From an uncultured candidate division Zixibacteria bacterium (GTDB lineage Bacteria > Zixibacteria > MSB-5A5 > GN15 > FEB-12), in contig OY760907.1 in the NCBI GenBank assembly GCA_963664195.1, positions 2,752,001-2,816,000 of the forward strand: a stretch of 64,000 nucleotides of DNA. Direction: 5' to 3'. Position 1 is the first letter of the stretch. The number at the start of each line of letters is the position of its first letter. Shown piece after piece: positions 17,104 through 26,901 of the stretch. The notes beneath the pieces were generated by a model that was not told where the DNA came from, did not search any database, and saw nothing but the letters and a program-made list of their open reading frames with translations. The position numbers and the translations under genes were made by a program.

Positions 17104-17616
17104 ATGGCCGATACGAGTAAGAACATACTGCAAGTGGGCGATCCGGCTCCCGATTTCACTCTGCTCACACACAACGAGGGGGAGTTGAATCTGGCGTGGT
17201 ATCAGAGGAGAAAGAACGTCATTCTCGCATTTTATCCTGCCGACTGGACACCGGTGTGTGCCACGCAGATCCCTGACTACAAGCCCCTCATTGATGAGTT
17301 TGAAGATCACGATGCCCAATTGCTCGGAGTTTCGGTCGACTCGGTATTCTGTCACAAAGCCTGGGCCAAATCGCTCGGCGGGCTGCCCTTTCCGCTTATG
17401 TCCGACTACTATCCCCATGGCGCGATTGCCCGGTTGTACGGTGTGCTGCACGACAAGGGATTCGCCGAACGCACTGTTTTCCTGATCGATAAGGCGGGTA
17501 TTATCCGTTATATCGAGCGTGTAGACCCCACGCAACTTCCTGACAACGATGCTCTTCTCGATGCCCTGAAGAAGGTAGAGGAGGAGCAGCGGGTGTCAAA
17601 CCAAGAGGGATTCTAA
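17104..17616 (+). CDS. Peroxiredoxin (AhpC/TSA, AhpE-like)
   Basis: VGDPAPDFTL, FYPADWTPVC (PxxxTxxC), GVSVDS, ERTVFLIDK. Confidence 0.92.
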   Translation: MADTSKNILQVGDPAPDFTLLTHNEGELNLAWYQRRKNVILAFYPADWTPVCATQIPDYKPLIDEFEDHDAQLLGVSVDSVFCHKAWAKSLGGLPFPLMSDYYPHGAIARLYGVLHDKGFAERTVFLIDKAGIIRYIERVDPTQLPDNDALLDALKKVEEEQRVSNQEGF

Positions 17617-17701
17617 GGCTGTCTGACCGTGCCCCCCGATCGAAAACGCACGCGGCCGTTATTGTCGGGCACTTTGGCATTCCCGCGACGTTTACCTGTG
17701 A

Positions 17702-18766
17702 ATGGATATGGAAAACAAAGACGCACATTACGACCGTTCCGACCTGTTTGATATCACGTTCATAGGTGCCGGTCCCGTCGGACTATACGGCATGTACTAC
17801 GCGGGTCTACGTGTCACCAAATTCAAAGCGATTGATATGCTGGAAGAGGTTGGCGGCGGTCTCATGGCTCTCTATCCGGAGAAGTACATCTACGATGTCG
17901 CCGGGTTCCCCAAGGTCATGGCCAAAGAACTGACTCGCATGATGCAGCAGCAGGCAATGCAGTATCCGCACATGATGGCACTCGGCGAGAAAGTCATCGA
18001 TCTGAAACGGGGCGACGACGAGATAATCCGCGTCACCACTGACAAAGGTGAGCACCTGACGAAAACGGTGGTCATTTGCGCCGGCATGGGCGCGTACATG
18101 CCCAAACGCCTCGATATCCCGAATCTGAAGGAACTCGAAGGGGCTGGCGTGTACTATTTCGTTCGCCGTCTGGCCGATTTCGAGGACAAAGACGTGCTGA
18201 TTGTGGGCGGCGGTGATGCTGCGTTTGACTATTCGATGATGCTCGAGCCGGTAGCGAAGTCAATCACCCATATTCACCGCAACGACTTCTTTTCGGCGCA
18301 TGAAGACTCCGTGCGCAAGGTGAAGGAATCTACAGTTGATCTCAGGTGTCCGTTCTGGGAGTTGAAAAGGATCACCGGAGAAGACTGGGTGCAAGAGGCG
18401 ACGATTGTGCAGACTCGGACCGGTGAGGAAAAGAGGCTGTCGGTCGATGCAATTATCCTCAATATCGGGTTTCTGACCAACCTGGGGCCGATTGAAAACT
18501 GGGGGCTGGAGCTTGAGAACAACGCCATAAAAGTAGATTCCCGTATGCGCGCCAGCATCGAGGGCGTTTTTGCCGCAGGCGATATCGTGACGTACGACGG
18601 GAAACTCAAGCTGATTTCCACCGGCTGTGGTGAGGTAGCGATTGCCGTCAACAACGCCAAAAACTACATAGATCCCAAGGCGAAAGTCAGCCCCGGTCAC
18701 TCGACCGACAGACACGTGCTGTCGAAAAAGAAGATGGCCAGACTGGCAGAGAAGGACCACCAATAA
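17702..18766 (+). CDS. Ferredoxin--NADP+ reductase, thioredoxin-reductase-like (YumC type)
   Basis: IGAGPVG, LYPEKYIYDVAGFP, GGGDAA.D, GDIVTY.GK.KLI, PGHST; no CxxC. Confidence 0.88.
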   Translation: MDMENKDAHYDRSDLFDITFIGAGPVGLYGMYYAGLRVTKFKAIDMLEEVGGGLMALYPEKYIYDVAGFPKVMAKELTRMMQQQAMQYPHMMALGEKVIDLKRGDDEIIRVTTDKGEHLTKTVVICAGMGAYMPKRLDIPNLKELEGAGVYYFVRRLADFEDKDVLIVGGGDAAFDYSMMLEPVAKSITHIHRNDFFSAHEDSVRKVKESTVDLRCPFWELKRITGEDWVQEATIVQTRTGEEKRLSVDAIILNIGFLTNLGPIENWGLELENNAIKVDSRMRASIEGVFAAGDIVTYDGKLKLISTGCGEVAIAVNNAKNYIDPKAKVSPGHSTDRHVLSKKKMARLAEKDHQ

Positions 18767-18769
18767 AAT

Positions 18770-19849
18770 ATGCTGTTCACACTCCCTCAGGAATATAGAG
18801 AAGCAACCGCAGATGAACTTCGGGAGCGTATCGCCGAGGCACGCAAGAAACTGGGCAAAAAGCTCTGCATCCTGACGCATCACTATCAGCGACGCGAGGT
18901 GGTGGAGTGCGGTGACCGGGTAGGCGACAGCTATGATTTGTCCAAGACTGCAGCCGCACAAAAAGAGACCGAGATCATCGTGTTCTGCGGAGTGCATTTC
19001 ATGGCCGAATCCGCCGACATCCTGACCGCCGCGCATCAAGACGTCTATATGCCGAATCCACTGGCCGGTTGCCCGATGGCAGATATGGCCGAGATGGCCG
19101 ATGTTATCGAGGCCTGGGAGTATCTCAAGCCGTTTGGCCGCGAAGAAAAGATCATGCCTATTTCGTACATGAACACCGCCGCCGGATTGAAAGCTTTCAC
19201 GGGTAAACACGGTGGGCTGATCTGCACGTCCTCGAACGCCGATGCCGCCCTGAAGTGGGCCTTTGATCGTCGCGAGAAAGTATTCTTCTTCCCGGACGAG
19301 AACCTTGGTCACAATACTGCTTTGAAAATGGGGCTCAAGCCTGAGGAGATCGTGCTCTGGGATTTCTCGCGCGAACGGGGAGGACTCGGCGAGAAAGAGA
19401 TCGCCCGGGCGAAAGTGATTCTGTGGAAGGGTCACTGTCATGTTCACACGAATTTCACGGTTGTCCATGTCGACGAAGTGCGCGAAAAACACCCCGATGT
19501 CCGGGTGATCGTGCATCCAGAGTGTACTCCCGAGGTGGTTTCGGCTGCCGACGGCAGCGGTTCGACCAAATATATCGTGCAGTACTGCGAAGACGCCCCT
19601 GCGGGGGCCGTGATAGCGATTGGCACGGAAATTAACCTCATAAACCGCATGGCGCACGCGCACCCTGACAAGACGATTTTCGAGCTTTCGGGGCAAACGT
19701 GTCCTGTTTGCGCCAACATGTACCGTACGAATCTTAACGATCTGGCGTACTGTTTGGAGCGTTACAAAGATATCCAGCCGATCAAGGTTGTTGATCCGGT
19801 CAGATCCGACGCGCTGCTGGCGCTTGAGCGGATGCTCGAAGTTCGCTAA
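18770..19849 (+). CDS. nadA: Quinolinate synthase A
   Basis: HHYQR, FCGVHFMAE, AGCPMADM, CTSSNA, HPEC, C.VCANM. Confidence 0.96.
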   Translation: MLFTLPQEYREATADELRERIAEARKKLGKKLCILTHHYQRREVVECGDRVGDSYDLSKTAAAQKETEIIVFCGVHFMAESADILTAAHQDVYMPNPLAGCPMADMAEMADVIEAWEYLKPFGREEKIMPISYMNTAAGLKAFTGKHGGLICTSSNADAALKWAFDRREKVFFFPDENLGHNTALKMGLKPEEIVLWDFSRERGGLGEKEIARAKVILWKGHCHVHTNFTVVHVDEVREKHPDVRVIVHPECTPEVVSAADGSGSTKYIVQYCEDAPAGAVIAIGTEINLINRMAHAHPDKTIFELSGQTCPVCANMYRTNLNDLAYCLERYKDIQPIKVVDPVRSDALLALERMLEVR

Positions 19850-19951
19850 TACGTCTGGAACCCCCGGGCGTGTCCTGTGTTTCACTTGGTAATGATACAA
19901 AGCCACCTGATGGGGAGAGGCTAGCTAATCCGATGAGTAAGGGAAACTGAA

Positions 19952-21346
19952 ATGGTTCAGGATGTTTTGGTTCCGCAGATGGGTGAGTCGGTTCTCGAGG
20001 GAACAATCTTAGAATGGAAAGTCAAGATCGGTGACAAGGTCAAGAACAACCAGGCGCTGGTTGAGCTGATGACTGACAAGGTGAACGTGGAAATTCCGGC
20101 CGAAACGGACGGTATTCTCACGGGTCAATTTGCCAAAGAGGGCGATGTTGTCCCGGTTGGCACGCGCATAGCCACGATTGACGACGGCAAAGGCGATGCG
20201 GCGAGCGCTACAACCCAGGCCGCTCCGGCTGCCGGGAAGCCGGCTCCTGCTCCAACTGCTGAAGCCCCGGGCGCGGGAAGGTCTGCCCCGAGTGGTGCAC
20301 CGGCCGCGGTGGCTGCCCTGCCATCAAATGCAAGGGCTACCGGTGAGGTGGGGCGCGGCAAGCTATCTCCGAAGATTCGCATGATGATCCGCGAGTACGG
20401 CGTTGACCCGACCACGATCCTCCCGACCGGCAAGAAGGGCCTCGTGACGGCCGACGATGTCAAGCGTGCTGTCGAGGGCCGCTCAGCCGCCGCAGGCTTC
20501 ACCGTATCTCCGACCCCCTTGGCCGCACCTGCTGCAACCGCATCGGCTGCTCCTGCGACTCCGGCCGTTGCTCAGGCGCTTGTTGCTCCGGCTGCGCCGA
20601 AAGTACAGGTGAACATTCCAGTCTTTGAACAGCTTCCGGCTTCGATGAGAGAGACGCGTATGCCGTTGGTGGGTGCCCGCAAGGCGATTTCGGACCACAT
20701 GTCTCACTCGCTGCATACGGCGGCTCATGTGACGACCTTTGAGGAAATCGATTTCACCGAACTGGCCGCGTTTCGTCGCGAGATCAAGAAGTCGTTCGTC
20801 GAGACCTACGGCGTCAACGTGACGTACATGCCGTTTATCATCAAGGCTGCCTGTGTGGCGCTGAAAGAGTTCCCGACTGTCAACGCCTCGATGACCGAGC
20901 AGGAAATCATCCTTAAGAACTACTACAATGTCGGTATCGCGGTTGCACGCGACGAAGGATTGATCGTTCCGGTGATCAAGGATGCCGACAAAAAGACGAT
21001 CGTCGAACTGGCCTATGAGATCACTGAGTTGGGCGAGAAGGCCCGTACTAATCGTCTGATGCCGGATGACGTTGCCAACGGTACGTTCACCGTAACCAAT
21101 GCCGGCATGTTCGGTGCCACGGCCTCCACACCGGTCATCGCACAGCCGCAGGTGGCGATCCTTGGTGTTCATGCGATAGCCAAACGCCCGTGGGTAGTCA
21201 ATGACGAAATCAAGATTCGTGAAATTTCCAGCTTCGGACTTTCGTTTGACCATCGTCTGATCGACGGTCACACGGCTGTGCAGTTTCTGCACCGGGTCAA
21301 TGAGTATCTCTCGAGCACCAACAAGTTGCTGATGAATCTTCGCTGA
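19952..21346 (+). CDS. 2-oxoacid dehydrogenase E2 (dihydrolipoamide acyltransferase) with a single lipoyl domain
   Basis: Lipoyl motif TDKV, Ala/Pro linkers, subunit-binding domain, FDHRLIDG. Confidence 0.93.
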   Translation: MVQDVLVPQMGESVLEGTILEWKVKIGDKVKNNQALVELMTDKVNVEIPAETDGILTGQFAKEGDVVPVGTRIATIDDGKGDAASATTQAAPAAGKPAPAPTAEAPGAGRSAPSGAPAAVAALPSNARATGEVGRGKLSPKIRMMIREYGVDPTTILPTGKKGLVTADDVKRAVEGRSAAAGFTVSPTPLAAPAATASAAPATPAVAQALVAPAAPKVQVNIPVFEQLPASMRETRMPLVGARKAISDHMSHSLHTAAHVTTFEEIDFTELAAFRREIKKSFVETYGVNVTYMPFIIKAACVALKEFPTVNASMTEQEIILKNYYNVGIAVARDEGLIVPVIKDADKKTIVELAYEITELGEKARTNRLMPDDVANGTFTVTNAGMFGATASTPVIAQPQVAILGVHAIAKRPWVVNDEIKIREISSFGLSFDHRLIDGHTAVQFLHRVNEYLSSTNKLLMNLR

Positions 21347-22050
21347 TGATGAGCGGCGCTAAAGACAAGCTGTACGGATGGCATCTCGCGCTGGGCAAGG
21401 TCGATTACCAGAAGACGCTTGACTGGCAACACGGGTTGCGACAAATGCGCCAGCAGGGGTTTGCCCGTGATACGATCATCACGGTCGAACACCCATCGGT
21501 CGTTACCGTCGGCAAAGACGGTCACGAGGAGAATTACGTCGACCTCAACCCTGCGCCGATCAAGATCGAGCGTGGGGGGGACGTCACCTATCACGGCCCC
21601 GGACAACTGGTTATTTATTACGTCTTCAACCTGACCCGGCGCGGAAGAGACCTGCACAAGTTCATGGATGATATCCAGGAGGGTATTATCCGGACACTGG
21701 CTGATTTTGATATCGAGGCCTCAAGAGGCACCGAGAATACCGGCGTGTGGGTGCGGGAGAAAAAGATAGCATCAATCGGCGTGGCAGTGAAAAAGTGGAT
21801 ATCGTTCCACGGTGCCGCGCTCAATCTGAACACAAGGCTCTCGGATTTCGAGCAGATTCATCCGTGTGGTCTGGCGCCGGAAGTCATGACTTCGACCGAA
21901 AAGCTTCTCGGCAGGCAACTCGAACTTGCCGATGTTGCCAAACGGATTGTTGGGCACTATTGTACGGTGTTTGACACCAACTTCATGCCCATTGATCTGG
22001 AGACCCTGGCTGAAGACGTAGAAAGCCAGGAGGGCAGCAACGCGATATAG
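21346..22050 (+). CDS. lipB: Lipoyl(octanoyl) transferase
   Basis: EHPSVVTVG, RGGDVTYHGPGQLV.Y, KIASIG, HG.ALN, PCGL. Confidence 0.95.
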   Translation: MMSGAKDKLYGWHLALGKVDYQKTLDWQHGLRQMRQQGFARDTIITVEHPSVVTVGKDGHEENYVDLNPAPIKIERGGDVTYHGPGQLVIYYVFNLTRRGRDLHKFMDDIQEGIIRTLADFDIEASRGTENTGVWVREKKIASIGVAVKKWISFHGAALNLNTRLSDFEQIHPCGLAPEVMTSTEKLLGRQLELADVAKRIVGHYCTVFDTNFMPIDLETLAEDVESQEGSNAI

Positions 22051-22107
22051 CGGGCACGCCTCTCAGCAGCATTTCAAGGACGAAATCGATTCAGGAGGAA
22101 TACGGAA

Positions 22108-22854
22108 ATGGAATTGGAAGGGAAAGTCGCATTTGTTTCAGGAGGCACGAGAGGCATCGGTTTCTCGGTTGCCGAGAAACTTGCCCAGAAGGGCGCGAAT
22201 GTCGTACTGAACTATTTTCGCTCGCGGCAGTCGGCCAGCGAGGCGGTGGAGAAGATCAAAAGCTACGGTGTGGACTGCTTCGCTCATCGTGCTAACATGG
22301 GAAACCATGATCAGATACCGGGGATATTTGAAGCGATAGATAAGCATTTTGGCAAGCTGGACATCATGGTCTCCAACGCCGCCCTCGGGCTGTACACGGA
22401 CCTGCTTGACATCGATGATAAAGCCTGGGATTTGTCGATGCACACCAACGCACGCGCCTTCCTGCACTGCATCCAGCTGGGATCCTCGATCATCCCCGAC
22501 CACGGTCGAATTGTCACGCTATCCTCGCTGGGTTCAATTCGATATATCCCCGGATATTCAGCGATTGGCGTTTCCAAGGCGGCGCTTGAGAATATCGTCC
22601 GGTACGCGGCGATCGAAATGGCCCCGCGACAGATCACCGTCAATGCCGTTTCCGGCGGGTTCATTGACACGCGGGCACTGTCGGTTTTTCCGAATTTTGA
22701 GGAAATGAAGCGCGAAGTCTCAAATCGAACTCCGTTCAAACGAATCGGCAAACCGGAAGAGGTTGCCGATGTTGTTGTGTTTCTCGCCAGTCCGAAAGCG
22801 AGCTGGATCACCGGGCAGACGGTGATTGTCGACGGTGGCTATTCGCTGATGTAA
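22108..22854 (+). CDS. fabL: Enoyl-ACP reductase, FabL-like SDR
   Basis: SGGTRGIG, SNAALG, SSLGS, YxxxxxxK (YSAIGVSK), VNAVSGG.IDT.AL. Confidence 0.75.
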   Translation: MELEGKVAFVSGGTRGIGFSVAEKLAQKGANVVLNYFRSRQSASEAVEKIKSYGVDCFAHRANMGNHDQIPGIFEAIDKHFGKLDIMVSNAALGLYTDLLDIDDKAWDLSMHTNARAFLHCIQLGSSIIPDHGRIVTLSSLGSIRYIPGYSAIGVSKAALENIVRYAAIEMAPRQITVNAVSGGFIDTRALSVFPNFEEMKREVSNRTPFKRIGKPEEVADVVVFLASPKASWITGQTVIVDGGYSLM

Positions 22855-22873
22855 CGATTACGTGGGCTGTCGG

Positions 22874-23698
22874 TCATTCTGAATCGACAGCCTGGGATTT
22901 GGCCGATCTTGCTTTCTTCGAATTCAAGTAGTACATGGCTGCGCCGGCGATAAAGAGGCTTATCGACACGACCTGATTATAAGTCGGGTGCATGCCCCAG
23001 AGATCGAAATACATCGCATCTTCGTAATACCGCACGTACTCGATCGCATACCGGAAACAGGCCTCAGAAATGAACAGTACCGACACCAGTTGCCCGATGA
23101 ACTGTTTCTTTTTCATCATGAAGTGCAGCAGCACGAACAGGCCGAAGCCGTAGAGCGAGCTGTATATCTGCGCCGGGTGGATATGCTGGCTTCCGAAAAT
23201 GGCAAACGGAATTGATCCCACGGGAAACATCACACCCCACGGCAGCTCCGTTGGAGTACCAAAACAACAGCCGTTGAGATAACAGCCGATTCGACTGATG
23301 CCTATGCCGAGTGCCAGCGAGGGAGAGAAATAGTCAAAAACCTCCAGCACCGACATCTTCTTGAGATGGCAATACACCCAGGCACCGCCAATGGCCGCCA
23401 ACACGCCACCGTAGAGGTTCAGCCCGGCGATTCCAAATTGACCGCTGTGGAACGGGTTGAAAGCTGCCCCGAGGTTGTGGGCAAAGTCTGACCAGTGCAG
23501 CAAGACGTATGAAATTCGTGCGCCGAGGATGCCCCCGATTATCAGTATATAGGCCACGGTCAAGTATGGCTCAAAATCCTTGCCGTCGCGGCGAGTCATT
23601 CGACTGACGTAGATTACTCCTGCCAGAAACGACAGGGCCAGCATGATACCAAACGAACGTATGGGTACAGGACCGATATGGAATAACTCAGGACACAT
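22874..23698 (-). CDS. lgt: Prolipoprotein diacylglyceryl transferase
   Basis: GARI.YV, GLNLYGG, RIGCYLNGCCFG, HPAQIY, R..IE..R. Start moved to MCPELF. Confidence 0.93.
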   Translation of the reverse strand: MCPELFHIGPVPIRSFGIMLALSFLAGVIYVSRMTRRDGKDFEPYLTVAYILIIGGILGARISYVLLHWSDFAHNLGAAFNPFHSGQFGIAGLNLYGGVLAAIGGAWVYCHLKKMSVLEVFDYFSPSLALGIGISRIGCYLNGCCFGTPTELPWGVMFPVGSIPFAIFGSQHIHPAQIYSSLYGFGLFVLLHFMMKKKQFIGQLVSVLFISEACFRYAIEYVRYYEDAMYFDLWGMHPTYNQVVSISLFIAGAAMYYLNSKKARSAKSQAVDSE

Positions 23699-24617
23699 GT
23701 TGTTGCACGACCTTTCTATCCGATTCAGTTTGTCGATCGGTGCCGACCCACCGGTCATAATACTTCAACACCAATAAGTCGGAAAAGACTGCAATTGCAG
23801 CTCCGACTATTACGTCTGAGACATAATGGAACCGTCCCCAGACAGTCCCCGCGGCCAGTCCGATGACAATCGGTAGCAGAATCCAGCCAACCGCGCGATA
23901 GTGCCGGAAACAGAACAGCATGATCACCAGCGCCACTCCGGTATGCGAAGACGGCATTGCGCCGCCGTGTACGGCGCCGTTGTGAATGACGAAATTCACC
24001 ATCTGTCTGAACATCGGTCCCTCGACCTGATTCATGTAATCCGCCGCAAAATGCCAGCGCGGCCCCTCGACAGGGTATAGGCTGAAAAGCAAATACGACA
24101 GAAAAAACGTCAGGCAGGTCGCTGTCAGGAAACGCTTGAGGATATCGTAATCTCTTTTGATAAATACGGGGAAGAGAAATCCCGGCAGCATAAGGTAATA
24201 GCTGAAATAGCAGAACGACAGGACTTCAGTGGTCCAGACGCTCAGCAGATGCGAATCGATGTAAAGTGTCGGGTGCACCCCGAAAAGCATCTTCTCAAAC
24301 GTCACCAACTGCCAGTCAAAGAACTCCCCATGCAGGAGGAACATCAGGCCGCCTGTTTGCGTGTAGAAGAACGTGAACATGACCGCCGGGTACATAATGC
24401 GAATGAACGCTGCCAGCCGACCTCGCATTTCATCGACATACCGCACGATCATCGCGGCGATGACCGCCATGGCACTGTAGAAGAGGATGCTGCCGACGTA
24501 GCTCTCAAGCGGGCGACCAAACAGGGATATCGCAACCACCATCGTCAGGCTGTACCCGATGACAAGCCAATCGAACGGATAGATAGGACGAGCGCCTGTC
24601 GCTTTGCTACCTGTCAT
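23688..24617 (-). CDS. PAP2/AUR1-like membrane phosphoesterase
   Basis: YP..GPR, AMPSSH, GRFHYVSD; multiple TMs. Confidence 0.85.
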   Translation of the reverse strand: MTGSKATGARPIYPFDWLVIGYSLTMVVAISLFGRPLESYVGSILFYSAMAVIAAMIVRYVDEMRGRLAAFIRIMYPAVMFTFFYTQTGGLMFLLHGEFFDWQLVTFEKMLFGVHPTLYIDSHLLSVWTTEVLSFCYFSYYLMLPGFLFPVFIKRDYDILKRFLTATCLTFFLSYLLFSLYPVEGPRWHFAADYMNQVEGPMFRQMVNFVIHNGAVHGGAMPSSHTGVALVIMLFCFRHYRAVGWILLPIVIGLAAGTVWGRFHYVSDVIVGAAIAVFSDLLVLKYYDRWVGTDRQTESDRKVVQQHVS

Positions 24618-25317
24618 CTTTCGACTTTGTCTTTCCACGGTTACCGGCTACAACCAGCACGATTTCACCCTTCACCTTGCGATCAGCGATTCTCTCCAAA
24701 ATTGTGCTGATGGTGCCCCTGATGTACTGCTCAAACTTCTTGCTGATCTCCCGTGCCAGGCACGCCTCACGATCCCCAAGGATATCCTGCATGTCTGTCA
24801 GGGTCTTGTGAACGCGGTGGGGAGATTCATAAAACAAGAGCGTGTGCTCGAAGGCAGTCAATTGCTCAAGTCGTCGTCGGCGTGCGGCAGACTTGTTGGA
24901 AAGGAAGCCCTCGAAAAAGAATCGATCGGTCGGCAGACCGGAGGCTGTCAACGCCGGTAAGACGGCATTTGCTCCCGGAAGGGCACTGACCTCGATACTG
25001 TTGTCGATAGCCGCCCGCACGATTCGATAGGCCGGATCGGAAACTCCCGGTGCACCGGCATCGGTGATCACCGCAACGTTTTGTCCCTCTTTGATTAAGG
25101 CAACAAGTTGCTCGGCGCGGCGGGTCTCGTTGAAATCGTGATAGCTGATGAGTCTTTTCTTGATATCGAGTTTCTTCAGCAGGCCGCCGCTCGTGCGGGT
25201 GTCCTCGCAGGCTATTATGTCCACTGAAGAGAGTATCTCGATAGATCGGGCAGTGATATCACCCATGTTGCCTATCGGCGTGGGGACGAGGTAAATGATT
25301 CCGGGCGTCTCTGGCAT
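24607..25317 (-). CDS. rsmI: 16S rRNA (cytidine-1402-2'-O)-methyltransferase
   Basis: TPIGNMGDIT.R, ACEDTR, DAG.PGVSDP, FYESPHR, REISK.FE. Confidence 0.96.
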   Translation of the reverse strand: MPETPGIIYLVPTPIGNMGDITARSIEILSSVDIIACEDTRTSGGLLKKLDIKKRLISYHDFNETRRAEQLVALIKEGQNVAVITDAGAPGVSDPAYRIVRAAIDNSIEVSALPGANAVLPALTASGLPTDRFFFEGFLSNKSAARRRRLEQLTAFEHTLLFYESPHRVHKTLTDMQDILGDREACLAREISKKFEQYIRGTISTILERIADRKVKGEIVLVVAGNRGKTKSKDDR

Positions 25318-25327
25318 AATTCTGCCG

Positions 25328-26137
25328 TCACTCGGTCAAATCGATTGCGTCCGGCACCGGCACTTTTCCCAGCGGGGCTACCGGCGGCAATGAGCGTTTG
25401 AAGGCATTGCGATTGATGAGCGAAACCACACGGCTCACATCCATCTGCGGAAGCCCTTCCGCTTCGAGCGCTTTGATCGACCTCTCGCCGTCGTCGATGA
25501 TGCGGTGCAATATCCGGTCTATCGTTTCGTAGGTGACACCGATTTCGCCTTCGTCGGTCTGGTCTTTCCAGAGATCGGCGCTGGGGGGCTTGGTGATGAT
25601 CGACTCTGGTACGCCGAGTTCTTTGGACATCTGGCGCACTTGCGATTTGTACAACTCACCGACCGGATTCACCGAGCAGGCCGAGTCGCCGTAGAGGGTC
25701 GTGTATCCGAGACAGATTTCTGTCCGGTTGCCGGTTCCCAGAACCAGTCGTCCCATCTCGTGGGCTGTGTCGAACAAAATCGACATCCGCTCGCGCGCCA
25801 TCTTGTTGCCGGCTCGCAGGCGACGGGATTCGTCGATTTCGTCAAAATAGGCGTCGATCATAGGGGAGATGTCTACCAGCTTGTGGTCGATTCCCAGATG
25901 CTTCACCAACTTAGTAGCATCGGCAATGGAGCTATCGGAAGACGTTTTGTACGGCATGAGAACGCCAAACACCTTCTCCGGACCGACCGCGGCGACCGCG
26001 AGGCTGGCTGAGAGGGCAGAATCAATGCCTCCGGAAAGCCCCACCACGTACCCGGAGAGGCCGCTCAGGTTGAGACTACCGGTGAGAAATCTTTTTAAAG
26101 ATGTGATTGCGGACTGACAGTCAAAATCCATATTCAT
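25328..26137 (-). CDS. nadE: NH3-dependent NAD+ synthetase
   Basis: GLSGGIDS, GN.MAR.RM, GTGN.TE..GY.T.YGD, PSADLW..QTDE; no glutaminase domain. Confidence 0.95.
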   Translation of the reverse strand: MNMDFDCQSAITSLKRFLTGSLNLSGLSGYVVGLSGGIDSALSASLAVAAVGPEKVFGVLMPYKTSSDSSIADATKLVKHLGIDHKLVDISPMIDAYFDEIDESRRLRAGNKMARERMSILFDTAHEMGRLVLGTGNRTEICLGYTTLYGDSACSVNPVGELYKSQVRQMSKELGVPESIITKPPSADLWKDQTDEGEIGVTYETIDRILHRIIDDGERSIKALEAEGLPQMDVSRVVSLINRNAFKRSLPPVAPLGKVPVPDAIDLTE

Positions 26138-26217
26138 AAGTACACACTCCGTAGAGTGCGAAAATACCGTATCTGTGTGGAGCTATCAAGTTAAATATGG
26201 GCTGTACGACAGGCCGC

Positions 26218-26246
26218 TTGACGGCAACGGCGGTGCGGGTTATATT
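26218..26246 (+). promoter_or_regulatory. sigma70-type promoter of ssb
   Basis: TTGACG, 17 bp spacer, TATATT. Confidence 0.7.
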
Positions 26247-26278
26247 CGGGGCCAAATAACAGAGGGAGACACGTTTTA

Positions 26279-26713
26279 ATGAGTGTGAACAAAGCCATTC
26301 TTTTGGGTCGACTGGGGAAAGATCCCGAGCTCCGATACACCCCGTCCGGCAAAGCCGTTTGTAACTTCACGATTGCCACCAGCGAGCGCTGGTCCGGTCA
26401 GGACGGCCAGCGACAGGAATCAACCACCTGGCACAATATCGTTGCCTGGGGCAAACAGGCCGAAGTCATCAAAGAGTATTTGTCCAAGGGCCGTGAGGTC
26501 TTCATCGAGGGACGGATCGACAACCGCTCGTACGACAAGAAAGACGGCTCGGGAAAGGGATACATCTCTGAGGTCATCGTGCAGAACTTTTCGTTTGTCG
26601 GTGGTCGTCAGGATGCCGCTCCGGGTGGTGGAGGCCAGAGCGCTCCGCCGGCCCGCGACGATTCTCCTTCGCCGGAAGGCGCAGGAGGCGACGACGACGA
26701 CCTGCCGTTCTGA
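26279..26713 (+). CDS. ssb: Single-stranded DNA-binding protein
   Basis: VNKAILLGRLGKDPELRYT; C-terminal DDDLPF. Confidence 0.97.
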   Translation: MSVNKAILLGRLGKDPELRYTPSGKAVCNFTIATSERWSGQDGQRQESTTWHNIVAWGKQAEVIKEYLSKGREVFIEGRIDNRSYDKKDGSGKGYISEVIVQNFSFVGGRQDAAPGGGGQSAPPARDDSPSPEGAGGDDDDLPF

Positions 26714-26733
26714 TCATTTCCCGCACAGACCGC

Positions 26734-26764
26734 CAGTAAAGCCCGCCCCCGGCGGGCTTTACTG
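26734..26764 (+). terminator. Hairpin after ssb
   Basis: CAGTAAAGCCCGCC-CCC-GGCGGGCTTTACTG, a perfect 14-bp stem. Confidence 0.7.
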
Positions 26765-26901
26765 CTGTATGAAATCAGGCCACAAATCGTTCAGAGTCTA
26801 TACTAAGAATCCTTGATGGTCCTTCCGAATCTCTACTATGCGTGCGGGCGCGTACACATTGCGTCCCTTTCAGACCTGGAACCCGGTTAGGAGACACGAC
26901 A

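Noticed and set aside
18260..19906. 548-aa minus-strand ORF
   Set aside because: Overlaps FNR and nadA, which have clear family motifs; shadow ORF.
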